DNA from: Raillietiella orientalis | Taxonomy: Eukaryota | Assembly (NCBI GenBank): GCA_036172245.1 | Contig: JAYWIR010000011.1 | Span: forward strand, 1 to 64,000 | Reading direction: 5' to 3' | Length of the DNA: 64,000 nucleotides | Shown here: piece after piece, positions 12,521 to 25,760 of the stretch | How the letters are laid out: every line of letters starts with the position of its first letter | Position numbering within the stretch: the stretch's first letter is position 1 | Position numbers and translations under genes: made by a program | The notes under the pieces: generated by a model | Seen by the model: only the letters and a program-made list of their open reading frames with translations | Told to the model about the DNA's origin: nothing | Databases searched by the model: none

Positions 12521-15500
12521 TGCGAAGAATCTACGTGACCGAAAATGGCACTAATTTCACCACGACCCCCTCCCCCCCTCCTCCCTAAGAAAAGGATGAA
12601 GAGAACGGGGGAACGAGCTGCAGCTCGTCTGCTCCCAGGATCGCGGGTCACTTCCACCGGAGCACTTCGCTCCCGGCTTGCGAGGGGACTCCGGAAAGCG
12701 CGAGCCCCTTCGTACATCCCTCTGATCCTTGACAGAGGGTAGTGCGGGGAGCAGGGCGTCAGGAGGACGGGAAAGTCGGGACTGCAACACCCATCGGAAG
12801 GGCCGAACGAGTGGCCGGCCCGCTCTGGGGAGGACCTCCGCGTGAGGAGGGGTTCCCTTCCCTTCCAAGCCTGGAGGGTGGGTGCACGGGAGAGACGGCG
12901 CAGAGCGGTGCTGGAGGAATCTTCCCGTGGGCGAGCCGGCACACGGGAGACGCGCAGGAGGCGACGACTGACGGAAGCGCAGCCTCCCCCGCCGGACGGA
13001 CGTGCCCCCCGACCGGTTGCGGAGATGTCCACTGGTGACACGGGGTGCGTCTTCCCGATAACCGCATGTGCTCCCCGCGGGGCGAGCTCGTCCCCGCCAA
13101 ACGACTTTCCCCGGAAGGGCAGCGGCCGCCTGAGACGTAGGGCGGGGAGCAGAACTCCTGCCGGGGACCCCCGCGAAAATCGGGCAGCCCGGGGAGGAGG
13201 GTGATCGATCGGGGGGTGCCGGTCGAGAGGCGTGCCGGCGTCGCCGTCACCACCAGCCGCTGGCTGACCCCAGGGCAGGGGCCGCCGGATGAGACACCGG
13301 CACGTAGAGGGGCCGAGAGGCACGGCAGAGGCCGGTTCGCTCCTTGCCAGAGGCGCGCGCGCGCGCGGACCAAAACAGCCCACCGGCTGCTCCTCCCCCC
13401 TCCCCTACCCCAATGCCACTCAGCTGCGGCTGCTGAGCCTCCCAGCAGTCTTCTATCGCAGTCCGCGCAGAGGACGGATGGAAGAGGGACGGGCATCCGC
13501 CACAGGAGGGGGGGGAGGGGGGAGGATTGAGAGTGACCTACCTGTCCGAGTCTTCCCCGTGCGCGAACGCGGCGAGGAGTCCAACCGCCGCGGGGGAGGG
13601 GGGGTCGCGCGCCCCGCTTTGCGGTTCGTCCGCGATAGGCGCTCCCCCCGACCGCCCTCGCCGCGGCATTTTCTCCATTCGAAAGAGGGGCTGGGGCAGC
13701 AAGCGGCGCCAGCGCCAAAAATTACTCCTGTCATCACCCCCCTCTCCGAATACGAAAACGGTGACCGACGAAGGTTTTGAGCTCGCTCATCCATCCTCCT
13801 GGATGCGGGAGGAGACCCACCCCACCAACCATCGCCACTTGCGTTCGCACGCGCTATCGATTGCGAAGGAAGTCCCAATTTCCACTCTTCGGAGAGGGTT
13901 TTTATTTTTTTCCCCCTTCCTTCCTTTTTTCCCTTTTTTCGGGAAGGGGGAGGAGGAGGAGAAAGGGATGCCTTTCCCGGGAGCACTCCATATCCACTTG
14001 TCGACTCGAACTAATTACGGGAATATTCCGGAGCTCTTCCTGCAGCGGATCGGCGCGAAACGAAAACTTCGCCGCACGGCCGCCGGCGCCGGCGCGACGC
14101 TCGTCATCGCCCGACGGACGCCCGCGCGCGGGAGGGGGGAGAAGGGGGGGAGGGAGAAGGGTGCCGGAATAGCGCCGGCGGTGGAGGCGACGTACCGGGA
14201 ATCCGGTTCCTTGGCGCCTCCAAGGAATGCGCTTTCCAGGAGCCCGTGCGCGCGGCGGCATCCAGCGAAAGGAGCGTTCCGCCCGGAAGGAGCGCTGACG
14301 CCGCCGCTCCCCAGCCAAGGGGAACGGCTGAGAGCGGCAGAAACGTGAGGATGGGGGGAAGGGAAAGGGGGCTGGGGGAAGACGGAGAGCACACGGAGGG
14401 AAGGAAGCCGGGGCTAATCTTCCTGCCGGCCGCCGGAAACCCGTGGAGCGCCGCAGACGTCGTGGTCTCCCGGCTCCGCGAGACGCGCGCACCATCTGCG
14501 AGATGCATGCGGCGGCGGCAGCACGCCCAACTTCGCAGAAAGGTGAGATCCTTCTTGATTCCCTCCCTTCTCCCTCACCCTTCAGAACGGCATGGGGGGG
14601 GGGGGGAGAAGTCGGACCTGAGCCGCAAAAAGGGTGGAGAGAGTCCCTACTGACGTATTTCCCGCTCGGGCGCGGATGGAGCGTCCGGACGGCCGTCGCT
14701 GCACGTGAGAAGGCGGATCCCGGGAAGATGGGGGAGGCGCGGGGGGAAAAGTGGAGGGCGCGCGATACCCCTAAGAGGGCCCCGACTGCGCGGCAGGAGG
14801 AAGACGGCCCGTCGGCCGCGCCCCTCGGCACACCGTCGCAGTCGACTACAGCGTCAGAGAGTTCGACCGCAAGGGAACGACGGTGCGGGCAGGGAGCTTA
14901 CTCCATGTATGCCCTCCCCCCCTTGTTCCCTCTCCACCCGCCGGCGACCCCGTTACTTCCGCGCGCAGGGTGGTGCTGCTGCTGCTCGGCTCGGGGAAAT
15001 TCAATCTGCCGGCAGTTTGATTTATGCGCCATCCCGCGTTCGCGCGCCTCTCTCACGTCGCTACGGCAGCTGAAGACAAAAACCGAGGGCGCACCGAATC
15101 TGCCGCTGCGTCTGCTCGGCCAATTAGCATGCGGCGATTCCGCGGTGCCGCTCCTCCAGGAGGGAAAACGTGGGGGCCCGGGAAGAGTCTGAAAAGGCTT
15201 GCGCCTTCCTTACTGCACGCATCCGAAACAAGAACAGGGGAGCAAACGACGCCGCGAGGTCAAAACTGACACTCGGCGACACTCTGGCGTTGACCGGAAG
15301 GAAAGGATGCAGAGCTCGCGCTGGTGCGTCAGCTGCACGAAGAATAAGAAAAGCAGAGAGACGTCTGGTTCGATCGGGAAGAAGGCAGGCAAACAGAGAC
15401 GCTCCCGGCAGCAGGCGCGCGCGCAGGCGGCGGTATGCAGAACCAGCACAGGAAACGGGCAACGAATGAGGGGAACGGGAAGAGGAAGGGAAACGGTAGG

Positions 15501-18500
15501 AGGAACGCCGGGAGAGAAAGGGGAGTGCATGCACGCAGGCCACGCACGCACGCTCCGACGTGGCCCGTTCGGCGAAAGGTCGCTTCTGGGTCGCGTCCCA
15601 GAAGCGCGGCGACGGCGGTGGGCTCTTCGCGCGCGCTACCGAAGAACGACGACGCTGAAGTGACCAGCGCCTTGGTAGGGAAAGCTCCGCGGAGCTTCCC
15701 TACCAAGGCGCGCGGGGGGGCCACCTGGAGGCGCAGGACAAAGGTAAAAAGGCCTGCGTATCCCACTCGATTAAGTTCGTTGCAGTTGCAGGGGAGAGAA
15801 GAGGGGAAAAAGGAAACTTTCTGGATCAGGGCAGCTACCTCTTGGCAGTTCTGGCAACTCCTTGCTGATGGAGGCGGCAGCGACCCACAGAAACGCCAGG
15901 AACGTGCTCCCTGCCAGCGGCGATCTTCTTCGGTGCATTCCTCGCTGTTTATTCATCCATGGATCAATGAGACCACTGCACCGCGCTCACCTCACTGCCC
16001 GGTTGTCTTCCGCTGCTGCCTTTCCATCGGGTCGTGCGCTCGCGACAGAAGCGGATGCAGGAATCCTCGTCAGCAGCGACACAGCATCTGCAAGAAAAAA
16101 AAAAAACAAAGAGGGGAATCTTCCTCTTTCCCTTCTGCTCCGATGAAGACCTCTGAGGCAAAACTCCCAAGGTCGCCCAACGACGGCGGCTGATTCCCTG
16201 TTGAGTGCGCGGCGCGTCGAGGGACCGATCGCTCCAGAGTAACCTCCCCCCACCAGCGTGTCCACCCTCGCCCGCCCCGCTCGGGCTTGCACTCCTTTCG
16301 CGTGGATCCACATTACGACGGGGAAGAAGAACGAAAGAGCACGTGGGCAGCACGAGTGGGAGCGCTCCGCGGCTGCACCAGACGTGCAGCAGCAGCTGTG
16401 ACTTGCTGCTTGCTGTACCGCCACGGCGTCCGGCGTGAGATCACGCGAGCGGACACGCGCAGCTGCCCCTGCCGACGTCCGCGTTTCTTCATTTTCTGTT
16501 CGTCCCCCCTCGCTCCCCTGCGACCATCGCGACAAAGCCCGCTTCGGATGACCTCATCCCTCCTTCGGCTGGCATTCCTCCAGCCCGTAGGGTCTACACG
16601 GCGACAGCCCCTCTCGGGTGAGCAGCAGCGCGACCTTTCCACGGACACGACGGTGTCCACTTAACGAAATCCACAAAGTGTTCCAGGGAAGCGTTAGTGA
16701 AGGCGGGGAATCCGAGGAGGCAGACATGAAAGGTCGCTTCGGCAGAGCCTGAAACTTCCGGAACGAGGAAAGGCGAGTTACAGGGAACAGCGGGTGGGAG
16801 GATTCCTCAGCCTGCCACCGCTGCCACAATGAGCAAGCATGTACGAGACTAGGCGCACGACAAGCAAGTGGGCGTGGGTCCCTCACGTGCTGCCTGCCCT
16901 CCTCGGAAAAAGTTTGATTTCTCCGAGCGCATCTTCCAGAAATCCGGCCCGGAAACGCGAGGTCGTGGAACAGCACCTCCAGGACAGGAACGCAACCCCG
17001 ACGCCCGTTCGTCCCCGGCGCACTTCCTGCCTGCACTCCCGAGCTGTAAGAACGCGGGGAGGCAAGTGCGAATTCGACCGACGACGCCTGGGAGACGCGT
17101 CATGGAAACGGAACGCCGTCGGCAACGGCAATCGAGCAACAATGCAAGCGGCGGAGGTCGCAATGACTGACGTTCAGAGAGGATCTCTCGGCTATGCCGC
17201 CGCGCTTTGGACCTCCGCCGCGGATCCTTCTCTGCCACCTGAGGTGGCCAGCGGATGAAGAAAAAGACGAGCCTTCGGGCTATTTTGCGTTTACTCTAGC
17301 GGGTAATCCAACTGACGACGGGGAGGGTCTCTCGTTCCTTTCCCTCCCCTCCCCCGCTTCGGGCGTCCTTGCAGACGCCCGAGGAGGCGGCGATACTCCT
17401 TGAGGATTGCCGACCACGCCGTTTTCCCACGGACCAGGTCTGGGTGGCAGCGCGGCGACGTTCGCAGGCGCTCTTGGTTCGCGCGCGCCAGCAGATGAGC
17501 AACGCGCAATTTCGTTCCACGCTGCACCTGGAGGTTTGATGAGGCAGAAGAGAGGTGTCTTCGGACCTCAGGCCCTCGATCAACGAAGCCGACGTGCACG
17601 TGTCACGGCTCGCAATGGAAACCGGGGAGATCCATCGCGACGGACGGCGGCAACCAGCCATCGCAGCAGGGTCGCAAGACGAGCCAAAGCCGCGGGCCCC
17701 CTTCCAGAGATCCGCTCCGCGCGCCGTCCGGCGGGCGAAGGTCTGCTGGCTGTTCCGGAGAATGTGCCGTGGCAGCGGACGCGAGAGGCCCGCCGGGGTC
17801 CGTCGTCCCCCATGTTTGCTTTCCGCTGTTTGCTCTGCGCGTTCTTATCGGTCACCGGGCAGCGTCCTTTCCGGTGCCTCCCCCTACGTTTTTCCGCTCA
17901 GGAAGGCTGCGAGCCGCTCCCGTCCTCCCCTCCGGAAAAAAAAAAAAAGAAAAAAAATCAGTATGCATACAGAGAAGAGGAAAGGGAGGGAGGGGGCAAT
18001 TATCGCATAAATCAGCTGAATGGCCACGGGCCCCCAGTGAACTTTTTCGAAAGGAGTCCCTCCGCTTGATTGCCAACACGCACGAACACTCCTCGGCCGC
18101 CTAGCGCGCTCACCGGCGCATGCGCCTCGATTAAACCAGCGTCTCCCAGAAGTTGAGCTCGAGGAGGAGCGCAGGAGAGATCACAGGAAGGCAACGCCCA
18201 CGATCTCTTGGGATGGGTTCGATGCGGAAGAGCCTGCAGGCAGCGACCGCCTCGTGGCAACGATGCTCTCTGTCTACGCCCGAGCCCAGTCGGCGCAGCG
18301 CGTGGATGGCGGTGCGGCTGCTTGGGCCGACTCCTGGATGCCGACGAAGGTGAGAACTTGTGCGGCCCCGGAGGAAGGCACTGCTCTGGGACGGGGGAAA
18401 GCGCACCAGCAAAACAGATGCACCACCGAGCGAAAGAGTGGCGAAGACGAAAAAAGAGGAGCAACGCTCGTGCCAACGAAAGAATTCGGAGCTTGGCTAT

Positions 18501-21500
18501 CAGGAGACTGACGGTGGATCCACGGGCGAAGTGCGGAAAGGGTCCACGCCGCCACCGCCGCCGCCGCCAATGCCGCGGAACGCGAAGCGGGGGGGAGCCG
18601 CGGCTCGAGGACCCGCGAGCTTTTCGCAGCGAAAGCGGAGGAGACACCTCAGGAAAAAAAGAACGCCCGCAGTCGGATCGAAAGCAAAGCGAAGAAGAAG
18701 CCACGAGATGGCGCGAGAAACAAAAAAGGAGCCGAGCTGAGGGCGCCCGACGGAATCGCGCCTTCGCCGGAGCGGGTACCACGCAAGATGACACGAGAGG
18801 AGATGGGTGGGTGATGCACGGGCGGGATAAGGAGACGCGACATTCGTCGCTGAGAAACCTGAAGGGCAAAGGGATTACGCCATCCCACCGCCGACGCAGC
18901 AGTCCCGATCCTGAGAAAAACTTCCGTCACGATGGCGTACCCGGCAGAGACCAGCAGAAATCGGAACGTCACTGACAACAGCACGCAGGCACTGGCTGAC
19001 CGTTAGACGCACTGCCTTTGTGGACGACGATGGCCAACTACTACTACCGCCCCGGTTACCACCACCCCTAAACGTAACCAAAAAAAGGAGGGGGGGGGGC
19101 ACCCGAAATTGCAAGACGACAAGGGTTGTTGAAAGCAAGGCTGAAAGACGAAAGACGAGGGAAGACTCCGCGCCAACGTCGGGGGAGCCCGTCGGCCCGA
19201 CTTCCCTACCACCTGCGCATCGAGAGCCCACGATGAAGCGCAGCCTGCCGAAGAGTCCACTGAATCTGAAGTTCAAAGTGGTAAGCATGTTGCAAAGTCC
19301 CCTAAAGACTTTTTGCAACAACGTCATGAAAACGAACGCGCGTCCCCGATCCCTGTTACGGTTCGCCAAAACGGGAACAGGGAGGGAACGGAACACCGCC
19401 ACTCTCCTCCGGTGCAACTTTGGGTGATTTTCATCCAGTTTCCGATACACGAAAATTAAGTCGCTGTATCGCAATCGCGGTAATTTTTCAGAGTTGTTCC
19501 CCTTTGGCGAATTCATTACGGACTCGGCGTTCCTACGGCAAAGGCCATTGGAAGTTTACGATTACCTATAAGGACGAGATTCCGGCGGCATTATGCCCCA
19601 TGCTTTTCCCATATCGCACGAAGAGTGTCCAATGCAAATGCCATTATTCAGTTTCCGAGGCAGTGAGCTCGAGACGGCAAGCCGTCCCAACTAAACTACC
19701 CACTCGTGTGTTGGAAGCAGTACAAAGAGCACACAGGAAATCCCATCCACGGAGTAGTAATCTGTTAGCCAAAGTTGCTTGAGTGGAAGTGCGAAAAATT
19801 GACAGTTTAAAGGGATGCAGCAACATAAAAGAGTGATTTTATAACACGGAAAATCTTTATCATCGCAGATGGCCGTGGCGATAAAATAAGCGGCGGCGAC
19901 GCCGAAGTGCAAAAAAGAAAAGGAAAAGAAGGGAAAAAGAAAAAAAAGTCCGCAAAAGTCGACTTTTTGCACGAACGCACCGATGTAAGTAAACCATGAA
20001 TGGACGCCGTCTTGTCCTGCCGGAGCGTAGCAGCACCTGCGCTGCGAAAGGGCGTCGCCCAGGAACCGTTCCACGGTTGCGTCCCGATCGCTGAGGGGAA
20101 CCGGGTTCCCTACCGGAGGATGAAGGAACGACTCCATGACGACGACGACGACGACGACGACGCCATTCATTCATGGCACCGGGACACGGGCGTCCCAGCA
20201 GGTCGGCGCCAGCGTGCGCGGCTCGGAGGATGGACATCGGTGGACGCGTATGTTCGATGGCGCGGCCAGCGAACGGCTGGGGGCTTCCTTCTCCCACAGC
20301 CTCATCGTCCCCAACCACCTCGGCACCCTTTTACACGGAAGCGGAAACGCTTGCTAAGAGACTGGTGACACGTGCACCACCGTGGCGCTCGCGCCCCCAA
20401 CACACAAGGAGGACCAAACTGGTGAACGCCAGGATAAGCACGGGGAGAGAGGGAGAGATCATCTTCTGCGAACTCTCAAGACGATGGTGACGCAAGGGCA
20501 CATGAGACGCACGGGCGTTGCGAAGGGCTCCATTTCGAAACGAAACGGTTCCACGTGAGATCGCCCATTAAGTAATAAAAAACCCCTAATTTTTCCTTAT
20601 TTTCGTGATTTGGCAACTCTGCTTGCGAGTCGAGGATGCACCGTCGGCGGCAGCACAGCCCCACCGAGGAGTCCGCGCGAGCACAGACGCCGCCGGGGTC
20701 AACCGTTCTTCGCGGCATCCAACCCCCCCCTTTCCCCCCCCCCCGGGCTTTTGGAGGATACGTCGAACCTCGCCGTAACCATCCTTACTATTTGGGTAGG
20801 CAATCTTTTCGGACGGACATCCTCGTTATGCTTCCACACATACGAATGTTTTTTCCTTTTGCTTCCCTCGTGCTTCGCAAAAAACGAGTCGAAATGACCC
20901 GGGAGCGGAGCATAAATACCGAAAATCGCAATCGGGATTCTCTTTCTTTCTCCTTCCTTCTTCCTCCTCCTTATCACGGCAACCAGGATCTTAGAAACCG
21001 GGAGTGCGGAACAATCAAATAAATCAGATGGCCCACTGCACTCGCACATGACTAAATTTCGATCATTTCCAAGTACCACGAGATCACTCGACTATTCAAA
21101 CGCGCGCGCGTTCGATACCCGAAAGGCTCCAGGAGCGTTTCTAGGGTAACCGCTCACAAATTCTTGCTCCCGTGGATTGCCCACGAAGCATGATTTGGGC
21201 AGTTTTACTAAATGAAAACGGCGTTGGGGAAAGCATAATAAAGTACTTGCTTTAACGTTCACCGGGACCTGGGGGGGGGGGGTGCGAGCAGTTGGGAGGA
21301 GTTGCCGTGCAGGTCCAAAATTAAAACGTGGGCTCCGTAGGTCAGAGGTGACGCTCTCACTGACGAGAAGCAGAAGCACGAGCAAGAACGCGACCAAATA
21401 AGACGATGGGCCGTTTCTACAGCTACGACAAATGGGGGGTCTAAGGTTTCTGCTTTTTTTTTTTTTTTTTTTTCTTTTGAAAAAAAAAAAAAAGTCTCTC

Positions 21501-21970
21501 TTGCGACCCGTGGGCGAACTTTAGGGCCTGAAAGTACGCCACAGGTTGAAAGTACACGCGACCGAATGGGGAAAAGTGGCTGGCGCGCACACACACAAAA
21601 AAAAAAACGCGGAAACAAGGAACTTTTATGCGGGCATCAATAAAATTCGCGCAAGTCACTAACTGCTGGGAGCTTCGAGATTTTTCTTCCATGCAGATTA
21701 ATCACGATAGCCATCAAAATCGGTTTCCCATTTAACTCGACGGAAAAAAAGAAGAAGAAAAAAAAAAAAAGAAAGAAACTTGGGGATAATCAGAACACGC
21801 GCGCCTACGAATTTCGTGTTTCGCAAAAAGCCAAACTAAAGAACGAACAAGGGAGGGAAAACAAACAGGACAAAAAGCAAAAAACAAAGCCAAAGTTGTG
21901 ACAGCCAAACTTTTTTTTTTTTTTTTTTTCCTTCCGTATTAGAACAGCGATCATGCAATTTAGCACTTAC

Positions 21971-22650
21971 TAGCTAAGCAACTATCGATTATTCATCGCA
22001 TCTGAAAGCGTCGGATACCGTAACGACATCTGCTCCGCAGCAACACATAGTGCATGCGGCGGCGGCGGCGGCGGCGTGCGGATTCGCCGCCGCCGCTGCA
22101 CAGCACACGAAAGTGTTTGTGTGTGTGTGTGTTCGCGCGGCACACAGACACACACTTTCGCCGCCGCCGCCGCCGCCGCCAGAAAGCAACAATCAGTGGG
22201 GGGGGGGGGAAGGGGGGGAGGTTTCCCGCCGAGGAAAAAAAAATTTTTTTTTTTTTTTTTTTTCTTCCGCTCATTGTTGTTGCTGCTGTGTTGCGAAGCA
22301 TCCGGCTCGTTGCCACCGATCGGCGACCAATCGCGTTTGCCAAATCTGCCATCTTTCCTCTTTTTTTCTCTCTCCCCCCCCCCCCGTTTGCTCCCGACCC
22401 GCAGGATTCTCACCTCTGCTCTCCGCGGACGAACAACGCGGGAAAAAGGCGCGCGCGCACCGCCGGCCGGGCCCGAGGGATGGACTGCCGCGCGCGCGCC
22501 CGCTCCCTCCTCCCCCCCTCGCGTAGGCCATGCAAGTACTTTCTCAAGAGAGAGAGAACGCGAAAGAAAAAAAAATTCCAGCATTCGATCGCAACATCCC
22601 CGACTTCCGCTGCGACTAATCTCTCCCTCCACGGGAAAAGTGAAACGGGA
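21971..22650 (-). promoter_or_regulatory. Candidate promoter and non-coding 5' exons of an unidentified gene
   Basis: (GCC)n, (GT)n and homopolymer tracts; minus-strand donors GAG|gtgaga (22413) and CTA|gtaagt (21970); no transposon motif or plausible ORF seen. Confidence 0.25.
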
Positions 22651-24411
22651 TCGGTTCGGCTGCACCCGAAAAAAACAGCGGAAACACGCCGAAGGATATA
22701 AAACGACGCCGTACCACAAATAAATTCACACACACACACACACACACACACGGGGGGGGGGGAAGAGCGGGGGGGAGGTCGACGCAGACCTCGCATGAAC
22801 CCCCGGGCGAAACGTGCGACGCGCGGACACACATGCAAATGCCAAATCGGATGGATATCTCTCCGCCTCGCCTAATGTTTTACTTAAAAATAATTTCGGT
22901 ACAGAGGCTGCTTTTTGGCGGCAGCGCAGCATCCTGCGAAAGATGCATATCAATAATGAAATAACTGTCTGAGAAATTGTCGGTTACGGATAGCTTGCAA
23001 AGCAGTTTAAATAAGATGGATGTTGGGGTTTATGACAAGCAGGAAATGAATCCATTCCGGCGAGCAGCGCTGGAACAGGAAATTCAAAATCACCCACGAT
23101 TTCAATTCTTATTGGAACAAAGTATCAGGTATTTAGCGTTCCTCTCGGGGTCTGTGCTTGCGCAGATGCTGCTGCTGGGTGCGTGTAATTACGGCCGCAG
23201 ATAGGGGTTGTCAGAGTTATGGATGCGTCCTGCGAAGAGGAGAGCAACAACTACGAGCAGGGCGGCACACATGCCGCAACGGGAACGAGAACCGGCTCAC
23301 GTGTGCCCGCTCCCCCGTCGTCACGGGGGGGGGGGAGGAGAAACGCAGAAATCACGGAACGATTTTCTCCTTTTTTTCTCTCTTTTTTTTTTTTGGCACT
23401 CTGCGAGCGAAGGAGCGTCGTTCCGCTCCCGCAGGTAGGATTCGCACTCCGAAGATCATCGCAAACTTTTATCTTTCTTCCTCTTCTCCCCTCCCCCTCT
23501 GCGCACTTCGATTGGGGAAGCGGGAGAACGCGACAGGGGAGGGGGGGAGGAGGGAGAGGGGGTACTGCGGAACTCCCTTTTGTTTTGTTTTGGGGGGGGG
23601 AGGGGGAGGGGGGATCACTACTCACAAAAACGTCCAGCGGTGCGTGCCGCGGCGGCAGAAGGCGCAAGAACGGCACGATGCGATCCCGGGAGTTGTCGCA
23701 CGGTATCCCACAGCAACAGCAACAACAACAACAAGAAGAAGATGCAGAGGGGAAAAATATCAGATCCGATGCTGCTGCTGCTGCTGCATCTCGGATGACG
23801 AGAAGCTTTCGCTCAGGTTCGGCGCACTGCGGACATGCAAAGGAACGAACGGCCTCCTCCCCGCTCCGGAGAACACTGCACGGCCGAGCAACCGACCGCC
23901 CCGCACTACACTGCCGCGCGCATTGGGAGGAAAGCCGTCCATCACTCCCGGGGACCCGCTGCGCGGAACGGATTGTCTGCAAGCGTCCTTTGAGGGGGCA
24001 CCAGGAATCACCTGGAAACTGCATTAAGAGATGCTTGTTGGTTGATTACATTCACGCAGCAGGACCGGTGATCCATCAGCAACCATAAGTGCGCGAGGGC
24101 CGGCCGACGGGGGGAAAAAGCGCGCGCCATCCGCGGACCCGGGAACGCAGAAATCGCCGGACGCCCCCGGGAGACGGTAACTGAAATATTGAAGCATCCG
24201 GCAAGAAATATTTGTACAAAGCCAATTCAGAATGAAGAATACGAGGGTCAGTCTATTTGTCATATCATTCATCGGCACTCGCAACATTTATAGATATGTT
24301 TTTGTCTCTCTCTCTCTCTCTCTCTCCTCCTCCTCTTCCCTTGTGTGTGTGTGTGTGTGTGGCGTGTGCGCGTGTTTTCGAACGTCGTCGTATTTCCTCC
24401 AGACACGTACC

Positions 24412-24822
24412 ACCATCTCCTGAAGACGGTTCCCTCCGGAGAAGAAATTCCTACTAGCGGATGCTTTCTGGGTTCCCTTCGGAGAAGATGAAATGGAGAG
24501 GACTACCCCCCTCCCAGGGGGTGTCCCTCTGGAGAGAATGAAGGGGATTCCCTTCGGAGACAACCAGGGTGGGAGGTGCGATCCCCCCCCCTCCCGGGTG
24601 GATACCTTCCCAAGCGTGAGAGGAACGGACTCCGAGCCCTTCCTGGGTTCATAGGGCGGGCCCCTTCCCAGGGTGCCCCCTATCTTGAAGAATTACACGC
24701 ACCCTCCGCGGGTGGCGTGGTGTTGAAGCGCCAAGTGCGCGCCACGAGGCATGCGACCGGCTCTTGAGGTACGTAGCGAACCAAAAAAAAAAAACACACA
24801 GAAAAACCATCTCCTGAAGACG
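24412..24822 (+). mobile_element. 5'-truncated retroposed SINE-like copy with A-rich tail and 17-bp target-site duplication
   Basis: Identical accatctcctgaagacg at 24412-24428 and 24806-24822; A12 at 24783-24794. The body (24430-24720) matches the reverse complement of 51260-51500, e.g. ccaagcgtgagaggaacggac. Confidence 0.8.
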
Positions 24823-25399
24823 CACAGGAGCCTCCTGAAGATGGTGGCACTGCACGGACTCCTTTCAGGCGTGGAAGGAGGACCGAATACACCCTCGAAG
24901 TCTCTCGGGTGAGCCCGCCACAGCGCACTCGGTTTCGGCGGTTGAGTGAGGCTTTGCGTTTGCGTGACGGTGCTCCCCTCGACCCCGGAGGTGCGGGTCA
25001 ACCCGCGACAGGAGAGGAAGGATCGGGCTCCAAGTATCCCGTCCACTTCCCCAAAAACCACTTTTAATATACTGGCCACCGGATAGGTGGCGTACCACAT
25101 TGTAAGCTGATAGGCTCAGATTTTGTTTCGTGGTGTCAGTGTACAGTTGTACAAAATTACGGGGAGGAGGAGGAGGAGGGAGAGGGAGAGGGTCCTCCAC
25201 CGGGAGGGAGCAGCAGCTCCGCGTTCCTGGACCATCCTCGTCTCCCGCAGATCTCTTCCGGTGGACCTAGCGGCGGCGAACGACGCCAGGTGGCCGCGCG
25301 GGACCACCCCAGGCCACCTGGCTCTTCGATCCACGCTCGCGCGTTGGCGGTGGCCGTGCTCCGAGGCGAGTAGCACGGCGGGTTCCCCCGCGCGATCCC

Positions 25400-25760
25400 A
25401 AGGAACGAAGCCGCGGTAACCTTGACAACAGCCGATCGCATCGGGTGGATGCAGCGGACTTGACTCTCCTCGCGGGCGCCTCTATAGATGCCGTTTCCAA
25501 GCGGGAGCAAAGCAGCAGCATCCGAAATGACCTCACGGCTGTCCTTCTTTGAGCGCCACCCCTGGTCGAAAAGGGGTGTCCGTTCCCGATGCCTGTTGAT
25601 TGCGGGACACTGGCGGCTCTCACCGGCGGCGCTGCGTGCCCGCGCTCTTCGGCCGCGACGATCCAAAACGAGGTGCGCAGCGCGCGCACGGTGGTCATCG
25701 CGTGGTACGGGTCTGACGCTCTGCCGCGTAAATCTCTCCGGATGAGTGGCTGCGAAGGAA
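25400..25760 (-). mobile_element. BEL/Pao LTR-retrotransposon integrase zinc-binding region, remnant
   Basis: TTVRALRTSFWIV, a frameshift, then RGRRARARSAAGESRQC resembles TLxxLRxxFWIxxGRxxxxxxxxxCxxC. It is followed by EGQP*GHFG and SAVVKV-like remnants. Confidence 0.5.

Noticed and set aside
17350..17800. Possible L1 ORF2 C-terminus on the minus strand (ICWRARTK)
   Set aside because: Only one weak motif; the zinc finger could not be recovered.
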